A stretch of 64,000 nt of DNA, from the NCBI GenBank assembly GCA_018814825.1, contig JAHIYJ010000090.1, positions 1,321 through 65,320 on the forward strand, written 5' to 3'. The position numbers were made by a program, and so were the translations under genes. Origin of the DNA: Candidatus Omnitrophota bacterium. Its GTDB lineage: Bacteria; Omnitrophota; Gorgyraeia; Gorgyraeales; Gorgyraeaceae. Below are positions 10,097-18,629 of the stretch, piece by piece. Position 1 is the stretch's first letter. Every line of letters begins with the position of its first letter. The notes below the pieces were generated by a model. It searched no databases. It worked only from the letters and a program-made list of their open reading frames with translations, and had not been told where the DNA came from.

Positions 10097-10608
10097 TAAA
10101 AGAACGCGCTAAAAAAATCAAATTACTGATACTTGATGTAGACGGCGTCCTTACAGAAGGCCATATAATCTACGATAATTTCGGGGATGAGCTTAAATGT
10201 TTTAACGTCCAGGACGGGCTGGGCATGTTCCTTCTTAATAAGGCTGGCATAAAGTCCGTGATCATAACTGCTAAAAAAAGCAAGGCCGTAAAGCGCAGGG
10301 CCCATGACATGAGGGTCTCTGCGGTATATTCAGCCCACGATAAACTTAAAGTCTACCAGAAGGTTCTTAAGAGATTCAGGGTAAAGAATGAAGAAGTATG
10401 TTTTATGGGAGATGAGCTTTTGGACCTGCCATTGATAAAAAGGGCAGGGCTCGCTATAGCGCCGCCGAACGCGGCGGAAGAGGTGAAAAACACAGCCCAT
10501 TATGTTACCAAAGAACACGGTGGCAGAGGCGCGGTGCGCGAAGTAATAGAAATCATCCTGAAATCCCAGGGCCTTTGGGATAAGGTAATCGCGAGGTATA
10601 TGGTATGA
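10093..10608 (+). CDS. kdsC: 3-deoxy-D-manno-octulosonate 8-phosphate phosphatase (HAD family)
   Basis: LLILDVDGVLTEGHIIYDNFGDELKCFNVQDGLG..KSVIIT..LFMGDELLDLP. 171 aa. Confidence 0.85.
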   Translation: MIKERAKKIKLLILDVDGVLTEGHIIYDNFGDELKCFNVQDGLGMFLLNKAGIKSVIITAKKSKAVKRRAHDMRVSAVYSAHDKLKVYQKVLKRFRVKNEEVCFMGDELLDLPLIKRAGLAIAPPNAAEEVKNTAHYVTKEHGGRGAVREVIEIILKSQGLWDKVIARYMV

Positions 10609-11282
10609 CGCGGTTTTTCAGGTTTGTTATCGTAGGAAGCGCTATTTTTCCAGCGTTATTTTTTTGCCAGTGCGCCTTCGCGTTTGATGACGGCGACTGG
10701 CAATACTGGGATACAGAAAGCGCATCCGCAGAGCTCTCTCGTAAATGGAGGTTTGGCATTGAAGAGGAGTTTCGCCGGGGCGATGATATGAAAAATCCCT
10801 ACTATAACCATACCGATATAGAGGTTGTATATTCTGGGCTGGCAGACTGGTTTGACCTTGGATTGAATTACAGGCATATAAACGAGGAAAGAAGCGGGGG
10901 CTGGAAAACAGAATACAGGCCACATCTTAACGGCACTGTCAAATGGAAATGCCGCGGCTTTTCCTTAAGTAACCGCGGAAGGTTAGAATTTAGAGAGAGA
11001 GAGGATGCGGATGAGGCCTGGCAGTACAGGAATAAAATATCAGTTAAGCCGCCCATGTCGTTCACGAAACATCAGATCCAACCCTATATCGCGGATGAGA
11101 CATTTTTTGATTCTGATTCAAAAGAGCTCAATAGGAACAGGTTTTACTCAGGCTTTTCATTTCAAATATTCAAAAATATAAAAGCGGAACCATATTACCT
11201 GTGGCAACGCTCCAAATCGTCTTCCTCGGGTAAGTGGTCGGATTATAATATAATAGGGACAAAATGGAAGCTTTTGTTTTGA
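10605..11282 (+). CDS. Secreted, W/Y-rich hypothetical protein (possible outer-membrane protein)
   Basis: N-terminal signal peptide (FVIVGSAIFPALFFCQCAFA). No confident family assignment. Confidence 0.4.
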   Translation: MTRFFRFVIVGSAIFPALFFCQCAFAFDDGDWQYWDTESASAELSRKWRFGIEEEFRRGDDMKNPYYNHTDIEVVYSGLADWFDLGLNYRHINEERSGGWKTEYRPHLNGTVKWKCRGFSLSNRGRLEFREREDADEAWQYRNKISVKPPMSFTKHQIQPYIADETFFDSDSKELNRNRFYSGFSFQIFKNIKAEPYYLWQRSKSSSSGKWSDYNIIGTKWKLLF

Positions 11283-11311
11283 TGAGTCAGGCAGGGATGT
11301 GTTGGGGTTGA

Positions 11312-12469
11312 TTGAAAATGACAAAACAACAGAGAATAAATGAATTAGAGCAGGAGCTTTTAAAGGCACATCAGGACATTGAAAAGCTGGTCAGGATTAA
11401 ATCCGATTTCGTGTCCATAATCTCTCATGAATTACGCACGCCTCTAACGTCTATCAAGGAGAGCGTTTCCCTGGTTTTAGACGGGGTGACAGGCCCTCTA
11501 AATGAAAACCAGAGTGAGTTCCTGGCTATCGCCAAAAATAATATAGGCAGGCTCACCAGGCTTATAACAGACATACTTGATTTTTCAAAGCTGGAATCCG
11601 ACAGGATTAGTATGCGTAAAAGAAAAGTCAATATAAACGAGCTGATAAAAGAAGCCTATTCCATGGCCGGGACTGGCGCCGGTAAGAAGAAGCTGAGTTT
11701 TGATCTGGAGCTCTCTGACGCCTTGGAAGACGTATGGCTTGACCCCGAAAGGCTCGGCCAGGCCTTAAATCATCTCATATCTAATGCTATAAAGTTTAAC
11801 AGAGAAAATGGCAGGATAAAGATCATTAGCTCAATGGAAAATATTGACGGCCGCGGTGCGGTAAAAGTTGTCATAGAAGACACAGGCATAGGCATCATGG
11901 AGAACGATATCCCCAATCTTTTTAATCATTTCAGCCCGCTGGACACAAGCATGACGCGAGCCTCGAACGGTGTAGGGCTTGGCCTCGCCATAAGTAAGCA
12001 GATAATAGAGCTGCATGGCGGGGATATATGGGTGGAGTCAAAGAAAGACGTGGGGAGCAACTTTATTTTTACCCTGCCTGTATATAAGGAGGGCGAAGAG
12101 TTTGAATTTATCCTTGAAGAGTCTATAGAGCGCTCAGAGCAAAATGATATGAATTTAGCCCTTATCCTATTTGGGATTGATTCCCATAAAGATTCCAAAA
12201 AAGAGACATTAGACCGGATAGAGAAGATTATAAGCTCAAGCGTTAGAGGCCCTGAGGATAAAACCGTGAGATTTAAAAAAGGGGAGTTTGTGGCTGTTAT
12301 GGCCGGGACTGACAGGACAGGCGCGATGAAGATAATCAACAGGCTCAGAGGCAAGCTGGAAACGCCTGTATGTTTTGGGCTGGCCATCTATCCTGATGAA
12401 TCTCTGGATAAAGATAAGCTGGTAAAAAAGGCTGAAAAGGATTTAAAGACAGGTAAACATTTCATATAA
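11312..12469 (+). CDS. Cytoplasmic sensor histidine kinase (HisKA + HATPase_c) with a C-terminal degenerate GGDEF-like domain
   Basis: H-box SHELRTPLTSI. G-boxes DTGIGI and GVGLGLAIS. In the C-terminal segment the GG(D/E)EF position reads RFKKGEF and the upstream DxD reads GID, so cyclase activity is unlikely. Confidence 0.65.
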   Translation: MKMTKQQRINELEQELLKAHQDIEKLVRIKSDFVSIISHELRTPLTSIKESVSLVLDGVTGPLNENQSEFLAIAKNNIGRLTRLITDILDFSKLESDRISMRKRKVNINELIKEAYSMAGTGAGKKKLSFDLELSDALEDVWLDPERLGQALNHLISNAIKFNRENGRIKIISSMENIDGRGAVKVVIEDTGIGIMENDIPNLFNHFSPLDTSMTRASNGVGLGLAISKQIIELHGGDIWVESKKDVGSNFIFTLPVYKEGEEFEFILEESIERSEQNDMNLALILFGIDSHKDSKKETLDRIEKIISSSVRGPEDKTVRFKKGEFVAVMAGTDRTGAMKIINRLRGKLETPVCFGLAIYPDESLDKDKLVKKAEKDLKTGKHFI

Positions 12470-12481
12470 CGGGGGTGCGGG

Positions 12482-12847
12482 ATGGATAAGAAAAAGATAC
12501 TGGTGGTAGACGATGACCCTGATTTGCTTAGGATGCTGAAACTCAGGATGGAATCGGAAGGCTATGAGTTTTTGTCAGCTCAGGACGGAGAAGAGATGTT
12601 AAAGATAATGAAGGCTAAAAGGCCGGATGCCGTGCTTTTGGATATAATGCTTCCCAAGGTTGACGGGTATACTGCGTTACGCGAGATGAGAAAAGAAGAT
12701 TCCTTTAAAGATACACCTGTGATAGTTATGACCGCGAAAGAGCAAAAAAAAGTAGGAGATCTGTTTGCGCTCGAAAAAGTAGCATTTTTCGTGGAAAAAC
12801 CTTTTGATTCAAAAGACTTGTTAGAGAAAATAAAAGAGGTGTTATGA
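12482..12847 (+). CDS. Single-domain CheY-like response regulator (paralog 1 of 3)
   Basis: ILVVDDDPD..DAVLLDIMLPKVDGY..VIVMTAKE..EKPF. Confidence 0.8.
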   Translation: MDKKKILVVDDDPDLLRMLKLRMESEGYEFLSAQDGEEMLKIMKAKRPDAVLLDIMLPKVDGYTALREMRKEDSFKDTPVIVMTAKEQKKVGDLFALEKVAFFVEKPFDSKDLLEKIKEVL

Positions 12848-13215
12848 TGAACAGAAAAAGGATACTTATAGTGGATGATGAGGATGACCTGAGAAAGATG
12901 TTGAGGTTCAGGTTGGAGGCGGCGGGGTATGATATTGATGAAGCCGGCGATGGACAGGAAGGCCTTGATAAGGCGAGGTCTCACTGGCCGGATCTGATTC
13001 TGCTGGATCTTATGCTTCCCAAGATCGACGGTTACAAGGTATGCAGGATGCTCAAGTTTGATGAGAAGCATAAGCATAAACCTGTTATCATGTTCACTGC
13101 GCGCGCCCAGGAGAAAGACATGGAGCTCGGCAAAGAAATGGGGGCTGACGCGTATATAACCAAACCATTTGAGCCTAAGGTTCTTTTGGATAAGATAAAG
13201 GAATTATTAAAATAG
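12844..13215 (+). CDS. Single-domain CheY-like response regulator (paralog 2 of 3)
   Basis: ILIVDDEDD..DLILLDLMLPKIDGY..VIMFTAR..TKPF. The start overlaps the upstream stop. Confidence 0.8.
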   Translation: MMNRKRILIVDDEDDLRKMLRFRLEAAGYDIDEAGDGQEGLDKARSHWPDLILLDLMLPKIDGYKVCRMLKFDEKHKHKPVIMFTARAQEKDMELGKEMGADAYITKPFEPKVLLDKIKELLK

Positions 13216-13256
13216 CGTATAGCGGGCAGCGTTTAGCGGATAGGAAAAACTAAAAC

Positions 13257-13643
13257 ATGGAGGATAATATGCCAGGCCAAAAAAAGATTCTTGTGATTGA
13301 TGACGAAGAGGACATACTGAAGCTCCTTAAGATAAGGCTGGAGCAGGAAAATTTCAATATCATAACTGCCTCTGACGGTGACGTGGGCGTGAAGGCGGCT
13401 GAACAGGAAGTGCCGGATCTGATCATTCTTGATATCATGATGCCTAAGATGGACGGCTATAGCTGTCTTAAGGAGATAAGAGGCCTTCCGAAGACAAAGG
13501 ATATCCCTGTTCTTATGCTGAGCGGGAAGGAAGAGGAAAAGGTGCGGGATCTATTCGCATTTCAGAAAATAAGCGGTTATATAGAGAAGCCATTTGAGCT
13601 GGATAATGTAGTGGCAAAGGTAAAAGAGATACTTAATAGATAA
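13257..13643 (+). CDS. Single-domain CheY-like response regulator (paralog 3 of 3)
   Basis: ILVIDDEED..DLIILDIMMPKMDGY..VLMLSGK..EKPF. ATG 13269 is an alternative start. Confidence 0.8.
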   Translation: MEDNMPGQKKILVIDDEEDILKLLKIRLEQENFNIITASDGDVGVKAAEQEVPDLIILDIMMPKMDGYSCLKEIRGLPKTKDIPVLMLSGKEEEKVRDLFAFQKISGYIEKPFELDNVVAKVKEILNR

Positions 13644-13659
13644 GGAAAAAAAGGCTATT

Positions 13660-15354
13660 ATGTCAGGGAAACAGAAAAAAGCTTTAGGTGAGAGCCTTGT
13701 GGAAGAGGGCATAATAACAGCTGAGCAGTTGAAACAGGCTAAGACAGAAGAAAAACGTTCGGGTCTCAGGTTAAGAAAAGCCCTCGTGAAAACAGGGTTG
13801 ATTACGGAAGAAGACCTTGTAATGTTTCTGAGCGGTAAGCTAGGTATACCACGGATAGAGCTAGGCAGTTATTTGATAGACTCTAAAGTAACGGAATTGG
13901 TGTCGGAGGATCTGGCGCGGAAATACGAGCTTATACCGATATTTAAAATAGGCAATCGTCTCACCTGCGCCATGGTCGATCCCTGGAATGTATTTGCCCT
14001 GGATGAGATAAGGCTCAAGACAAATTTGATTATAGAGCCTGCGGTGGCGACAGAGGCTGAGATAAAAAAGGCCCTGGATGAACATTATGGCGCGAAGGGG
14101 ACCATGGAAGACGTGATAAAGTCTATTGATGAGAAAGGCATTGGCGCAAAGGACGGAAAAGAAATAGACCTCAAGGAATTAGAGGGAATCGCTGAAGAGC
14201 CAGTAGTCATAAAATTGGTAAATCTGATTATAATGAAGGCTGTCCGCGAAGGCGCCAGCGATATCCATATAGAGCCCGAAGAGGATACGCTAAAGACGAG
14301 ATTCAGGGTAGATGGCGTGTTACACGAGGTATCTGCCTCGCCTAAACATCTTCAATCAGCAATTATTTCAAGGATTAAGATAATGGCGAATCTGGACATA
14401 GCGGAGAGGAGGGCGCCTCAGGACGGCAGGTTCACGCTCAAGATGGAAGGCAGGGAGATCGATATACGGGTTTCCTGTATGCCTACCATATATGGAGAGA
14501 ATGTCGTATTGCGAATATTGGATGTATCGAGTGCCCTATTGGACTTCAAAGATACGGGTTTTTCAGAAGATATTTTAGAAAAATATCAGAAACTTATTTT
14601 TCATCCGCATGGCATGATATTGGTCACTGGACCGACAGGATGCGGGAAAACTACCACGCTTTATGTCTCATTGGACAAAATAAATACAGTTGAGAAGAAT
14701 ATTATAACTATTGAAGATCCCGTTGAGTATAAACTATCTGGTATAAGGCAAATGCAGGTGAATCCCAAGGTAGATCTGACGTTTGCCAATGGTTTGAGGT
14801 CGATGTTAAGACAGGATCCTGACGTGATAATGGTAGGCGAGATCAGAGATTTCCAGACAGCAGAGATAGCGATTCACGCTGCCCTGACCGGGCATCTGGT
14901 CTTTTCCACGCTCCACACGAATGACGCGGCAGGGGCATTAACGAGGATGATTGATATGGGTGTCGAGCCGTTTCTTGTCTCCTCTTCCCTAATTGCTGTC
15001 TTGGCGCAGAGGCTTGTGAGGACTATCTGTAAGGATTGCAAAGAAGAATATACCCCGACAGAGGAAACCATGCGAGACATCGGCCTTCTCGACGAGCGAC
15101 GAATAAAATTCTATCGCGGCAAAGGCTGTTCCAAATGCATGAATACAGGCTATAAAGGCAGGATCGGGATATTTGAGTTGATGCCAATAGATGAGAATAT
15201 ACGCAAACTGACTATAGCCAGAGCGCCGCATGATGAGGTCAAAAAACAGGCTATAGCCTCAGGCATGATAACGCTGAAACAGGACGGCATTAAAAAGGTA
15301 AAAGAAGGTATTACTACTGTTGAAGAGATGCTTCGCGTGATCCAGGAGGAGTAA
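13660..15354 (+). CDS. pilB: Type II/IV filament assembly ATPase (GspE/PilB family), copy 1
   Basis: N-terminal T2SSE_N-like domain. Walker A GPTGCGKTTT and a C-terminal tetracysteine motif (CKDC..CSKC). 564 aa. Confidence 0.9.
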   Translation: MSGKQKKALGESLVEEGIITAEQLKQAKTEEKRSGLRLRKALVKTGLITEEDLVMFLSGKLGIPRIELGSYLIDSKVTELVSEDLARKYELIPIFKIGNRLTCAMVDPWNVFALDEIRLKTNLIIEPAVATEAEIKKALDEHYGAKGTMEDVIKSIDEKGIGAKDGKEIDLKELEGIAEEPVVIKLVNLIIMKAVREGASDIHIEPEEDTLKTRFRVDGVLHEVSASPKHLQSAIISRIKIMANLDIAERRAPQDGRFTLKMEGREIDIRVSCMPTIYGENVVLRILDVSSALLDFKDTGFSEDILEKYQKLIFHPHGMILVTGPTGCGKTTTLYVSLDKINTVEKNIITIEDPVEYKLSGIRQMQVNPKVDLTFANGLRSMLRQDPDVIMVGEIRDFQTAEIAIHAALTGHLVFSTLHTNDAAGALTRMIDMGVEPFLVSSSLIAVLAQRLVRTICKDCKEEYTPTEETMRDIGLLDERRIKFYRGKGCSKCMNTGYKGRIGIFELMPIDENIRKLTIARAPHDEVKKQAIASGMITLKQDGIKKVKEGITTVEEMLRVIQEE

Positions 15355-15420
15355 CCTTATCGTTTACCGTGTACCGTTTACCGCACGAGACGGTACACGG
15401 TAAACTGTAAGCGAAACACG
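15355..15420. repeat. Heptamer-periodic hairpin (CGTTTAC/CGTGTAC units; 15-bp stem TTTACCGTGTACCGT / ACGGTACACGGTAAA)
   Basis: The sequence reads cgtttaccgtgtaccgtttaccgcacgagacggtacacggtaaactgtaagcgaaacacgg, lying between pilB and pilC. Confidence 0.65.
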
Positions 15421-15431
15421 GAGGTTTTAAG

Positions 15432-16646
15432 TTGCCTACTTACATTTATAAAGCCAGGGATGCCACAGGTAAGTTAGTGAAAGGCACCATGGACGCGTCC
15501 AATAGAGACGAACTTACAGAGAAACTCCAAAGAATGGGGTATATGACTACCTATGCCGCGGAGATCACTCCCGGAGTCAGGGTCGAATCTATATTTGAAA
15601 GGATGAGGAGGATAAGCGCCGAGGACATGATAATATTTAATGTCCAGCTCGCCAATATGATAAATTCAGGTATACCTATTCTGGTCTGCCTGGATACGCT
15701 GGATAAACAGATTGAAAACAGGACGCTGAGGATCACCGTCGGTAATGTGAAGAGAAATCTTGAGTCAGGCGACAGCTTCTCTCAGGCCCTGGCGAGGCAC
15801 CCGCGGGTATTCTCCAAGTTATTTATAAATATGGTAAAGACCGGTGAGGCCAGCGGAAAGCTGGATACTGTTTTGACCGGGTTTGCTGAATTTACTGAAC
15901 GACAGGAAGAGTTAAAGCAGAAGATTAAAGGTGCGCTTTTTTACCCGATCATACTTTTATTCGCCGGTATCGCGGTCACGATTTTCATAGTTACTTTTAT
16001 TATCCCTCAGTTTGCCGAGATTTTCATGAAGGTAGGCATAAAATTACCCGCGCCTACATTGATCCTTTATAGGATTGGGACGGCCATCAAGAGTTACTGG
16101 TATTTAATAGGCCTTTTTTTTGCGGTAACATGCATAGGCGTAAAATATTATATAAGGACAGAAAAAGGTAGATTTAATTTTGATAGACTTAAATTAAAAG
16201 CACCTGTGCTTGGCCCATTGTTTCGTAAAGTGGCGATATCGAGATTTGCCAGGACATTGGCGACGCTTGTCTCAAGCGGTGTTTCTATATTGGTATCACT
16301 GGATATTACAAAGGAGGTAATTGGGAATGAAGTACTGAGTCGTGTTATTACAAATGTCCGCGCTTCTGTTGAGAAAGGAGAAGGCATTGCCGAGAGCCTG
16401 AAGATAAGCGGGGAATTCCCCCAGGATACAGTGCAGATGATCTCGGTAGGAGAGGAGACAGGAAATTTAGAGGGCATGCTGAATAAGATCTCGGATTTTT
16501 ACAATATGTCTTTAGGATACACCATAAAAAAGTTGACTACTATAATAGAGCCTTTATTTTTGGTCATCATGGGGAGCATGGTGGGTTTTATCATGGCGTC
16601 GATGCTTTTACCGATGTTTGACATGATGAAGGTATTGAGACATTGA
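15432..16646 (+). CDS. pilC: Inner-membrane platform protein (GspF/PilC family), copy 1
   Basis: Apparent TTG start after GGAGG. MPTYIYKARDATGK.. plus two T2SSF repeats. 404 aa. Confidence 0.85.
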   Translation: MPTYIYKARDATGKLVKGTMDASNRDELTEKLQRMGYMTTYAAEITPGVRVESIFERMRRISAEDMIIFNVQLANMINSGIPILVCLDTLDKQIENRTLRITVGNVKRNLESGDSFSQALARHPRVFSKLFINMVKTGEASGKLDTVLTGFAEFTERQEELKQKIKGALFYPIILLFAGIAVTIFIVTFIIPQFAEIFMKVGIKLPAPTLILYRIGTAIKSYWYLIGLFFAVTCIGVKYYIRTEKGRFNFDRLKLKAPVLGPLFRKVAISRFARTLATLVSSGVSILVSLDITKEVIGNEVLSRVITNVRASVEKGEGIAESLKISGEFPQDTVQMISVGEETGNLEGMLNKISDFYNMSLGYTIKKLTTIIEPLFLVIMGSMVGFIMASMLLPMFDMMKVLRH

Positions 16647-16686
16647 TCTCGTATATCGTATGTAGTATGTCGTATATAGTATATCG
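16647..16686. repeat. Heptamer tandem repeat (TCGTATA/TCGTATG units), forward orientation
   Basis: The sequence reads tctcgtatatcgtatgtagtatgtcgtatatagtatatcg, immediately after the pilC stop. Confidence 0.65.
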
Positions 16687-16725
16687 TTTTTCATTGAACA
16701 CTGAATGCAAAAAAAGGGGGTGGTT

Positions 16726-17175
16726 ATGAGAAAAGGTTTTACACTAATTGAGCTATTGATAGTCATTGCGGTGATATCTATCCTGATCGGGATCGCTCTC
16801 CCGCGTTTTAAGGGGATGCAGGATGAAGGAAATATTGCCAAAGCAAAGGGAGAATTAAAAACGCTTCAAGTCGCAGTAGAGAGTTATTATATCCATAATA
16901 ATAATACCTATCCAGCCACAGGTTCTGCAGCGCTTGAGACAGCATTAGCCAGCGCCACCCCTAGCATCATAACTTCTGTGCCTACGGATCCTTTTCGTTC
17001 TACCGGGGCGGATTATGTATATGTAAGAGGTGGTACAAACGGCAAATACTATATTATTTATTCTGTGGGGCCGGGCGGCAATGGAAGCGCGTCTATATCG
17101 AGCAATGCAGTCAGCGAGACGAATGGCTCGAGCTGCATCTATGTCTCTAATATGGGGGAGGATGTACAGCCATAA
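16726..17175 (+). CDS. gspG: Major pseudopilin / type IV pilin, GspG-like (short MRKG leader, class III signal)
   Basis: MRKG|FTLIELLIVIAVISILIGIALP, then ..YP..LP/VPTDPF..YYIIYSVGPGGNG, which resembles the GspG C-terminal signature. The ATG at 16726 follows GGGGGTGG. The listed ORF starts earlier, at 16705. Confidence 0.65.
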   Translation: MRKGFTLIELLIVIAVISILIGIALPRFKGMQDEGNIAKAKGELKTLQVAVESYYIHNNNTYPATGSAALETALASATPSIITSVPTDPFRSTGADYVYVRGGTNGKYYIIYSVGPGGNGSASISSNAVSETNGSSCIYVSNMGEDVQP

Positions 17176-17210
17176 CTCGTATGTAGTATGTCGTACATAG
17201 CATATCGTAA
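17176..17210. repeat. Heptamer tandem repeat (forward type), left flank of the four-helix-bundle gene
   Basis: The sequence reads ctcgtatgtagtatgtcgtacatagcatatcgtaa. Confidence 0.6.
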
Positions 17211-17211
17211 T

Positions 17212-17574
17212 ATGGATAAGAAGATCAGAAGTTTTAAGGATTTGAAAATTTGGCGAAAAGGTATAGAGATTGTCAAAGATACTTACGGGCTAACAGAGAG
17301 CTTTCCAGATAAAGAATTATATGGTTTAACGTCTCAGATGAGAAAGGCAGCTGTATCTCTGCCGTCAAATATAGCTGAAGGATTTAAAAGGTATCATAAT
17401 AAAGAATATAAGCAATTTTTACATATAGCCTTAGGATCAGCGGCAGAATTGGAAACACAGTTTATAATAGCACAAGAGCTTGACTATATTAACAAGGAAG
17501 AACTCGAAAATATCTCAGAAAAGTTAGATCATCTTTCAAAGATGATAACTGCCTTAATACATAAGTTAAGATAA
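17212..17574 (+). CDS. Four-helix-bundle protein (23S rRNA intervening-sequence protein family, PF05635-like)
   Basis: FPDKELYGLTSQMRKAAVSLPSNIAEGFKR is the hallmark motif of this family. About 120 aa. It lies between inverted copies of the heptamer repeat. Confidence 0.75.
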   Translation: MDKKIRSFKDLKIWRKGIEIVKDTYGLTESFPDKELYGLTSQMRKAAVSLPSNIAEGFKRYHNKEYKQFLHIALGSAAELETQFIIAQELDYINKEELENISEKLDHLSKMITALIHKLR

Positions 17575-17963
17575 TGACATGCCTACGATATACGATATAC
17601 GATATACGATATACGAAATGTGGGTTCACTCTACTCGAGATCCTGATTACCATCATCATCCTCACAATAGGCGTGGTTACATTGACCAGCGCTTTTAGTT
17701 CAGGGCTCTTCGCCACTACCGATGTTGAGAATGTGGATCTGGCATTAAATATTGCGCAGGCAAAGATGGAGCAGATCAAGAATACAGCCTTTGCCAGTTT
17801 AGTTGACAGCGGGCCTACTGCTGATGCGAATTTCTCGAACTTTAACGTAACCGTAGATGTGGCCGAGGGCGATGATCCTATGCAGGTGGATGTTACAGTT
17901 AGTTGGAATGTTAAAGGCGGCTCGCCGAGCATTACGTTGACGACGCTGGTCGTTGATTACTGA
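17574..17963 (+). CDS. Minor pseudopilin, GspI/PilV-like; the predicted leader MTCLRYTIYDIRYTKCG is encoded by heptamer repeats
   Basis: The prepilin motif G|FTLLEILITIIILTIGVV is followed by ALNIAQAKMEQIKN. The only in-frame ATG upstream of the cleavage site is 17574, which overlaps the TAA of the previous gene as TAATG. Confidence 0.6.
   Translation: MTCLRYTIYDIRYTKCGFTLLEILITIIILTIGVVTLTSAFSSGLFATTDVENVDLALNIAQAKMEQIKNTAFASLVDSGPTADANFSNFNVTVDVAEGDDPMQVDVTVSWNVKGGSPSITLTTLVVDY
17583..17610. repeat. (CGATATA)n heptamer repeat, reverse orientation, inside the 5' coding end of the GspI-like gene
   Basis: The sequence reads cctacgatatacgatatacgatatacgaa. Confidence 0.65.
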
Positions 17964-17964
17964 T

Positions 17965-17985
17965 TATCGTATATAGTATATCGTA
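17965..17985. repeat. Heptamer repeat, forward type (TCGTATATAGTATATCG)
   Basis: Nearly the reverse complement of 18044..18060, with one mismatch. Confidence 0.6.
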
Positions 17986-17987
17986 AA

Positions 17988-18590
17988 ATGCAAAACCATA
18001 ATTCAAAACTAGGATTATTAAACCCCCAATTTTTACCCAAAAAGCGATATACGATATACGACATACGACATACGAAACAAGGTTTAACTCTCATTGAGCT
18101 AATGATAACAATCGCGATGTTCAGTATTCTGGCAGTAGTTACCGTATATATATTTCGAGCGGTTTTATTAAGCTGGTCAAGTCAGGAGACAAGGGCAGGG
18201 ATTGATATAGTCCTTGATAGAGGCATAGAAGAGATGGTGCGGGATTTAAGAGAGGCAAAAGAGATTCAATCCACTGGCGGTTATGACGAGATAAGATTTT
18301 CACAGGACCAGAGCACTTATTATATCTACTACCTTTATAATGCCAGAGATTCTTATGCTCCTCCGCCAGCCTTTGACCAGACTGTATACGAATTGAGGAA
18401 AGCGGTTTTAACAGGAGATATAAACGGAAGTTTTACGTATGGCTCAGGCCAGATTATAATAACCGATGTCCTTCCTCCTGCTGTTTCTGATTTGTCCTTG
18501 AGTGGTAATATAGTGGCTATTGACCTGAGTGTTGCCAGGGGCGATGAAGCGATTCGCTCGAGGACCGAAGTGATGCCGAGAAATCTTTGA
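17988..18590 (+). CDS. Minor pseudopilin, GspJ/PilW-like; long repeat-containing leader
   Basis: ..KKRYTIYDIRHTKQG|LTLIELMITIAMFSILAVV. The leader segment MQNHNSKLGLLNPQFLPKK is paralogous to the one in the next gene. Confidence 0.55.
   Translation: MQNHNSKLGLLNPQFLPKKRYTIYDIRHTKQGLTLIELMITIAMFSILAVVTVYIFRAVLLSWSSQETRAGIDIVLDRGIEEMVRDLREAKEIQSTGGYDEIRFSQDQSTYYIYYLYNARDSYAPPPAFDQTVYELRKAVLTGDINGSFTYGSGQIIITDVLPPAVSDLSLSGNIVAIDLSVARGDEAIRSRTEVMPRNL
18044..18078. repeat. (CGATATA/CGACATA)n heptamer repeat, reverse orientation, in-frame within the leader
   Basis: The sequence reads gcgatatacgatatacgacatacgacatacgaaac. Confidence 0.65.
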
Positions 18591-18629
18591 TTCGTATATA
18601 GCATATCGTATGTAGTATATTGTAAAATG
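18591..18629. repeat. Heptamer repeat, forward type
   Basis: The sequence reads ttcgtatatagcatatcgtatgtagtatattgtaaaatg. Confidence 0.6.
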
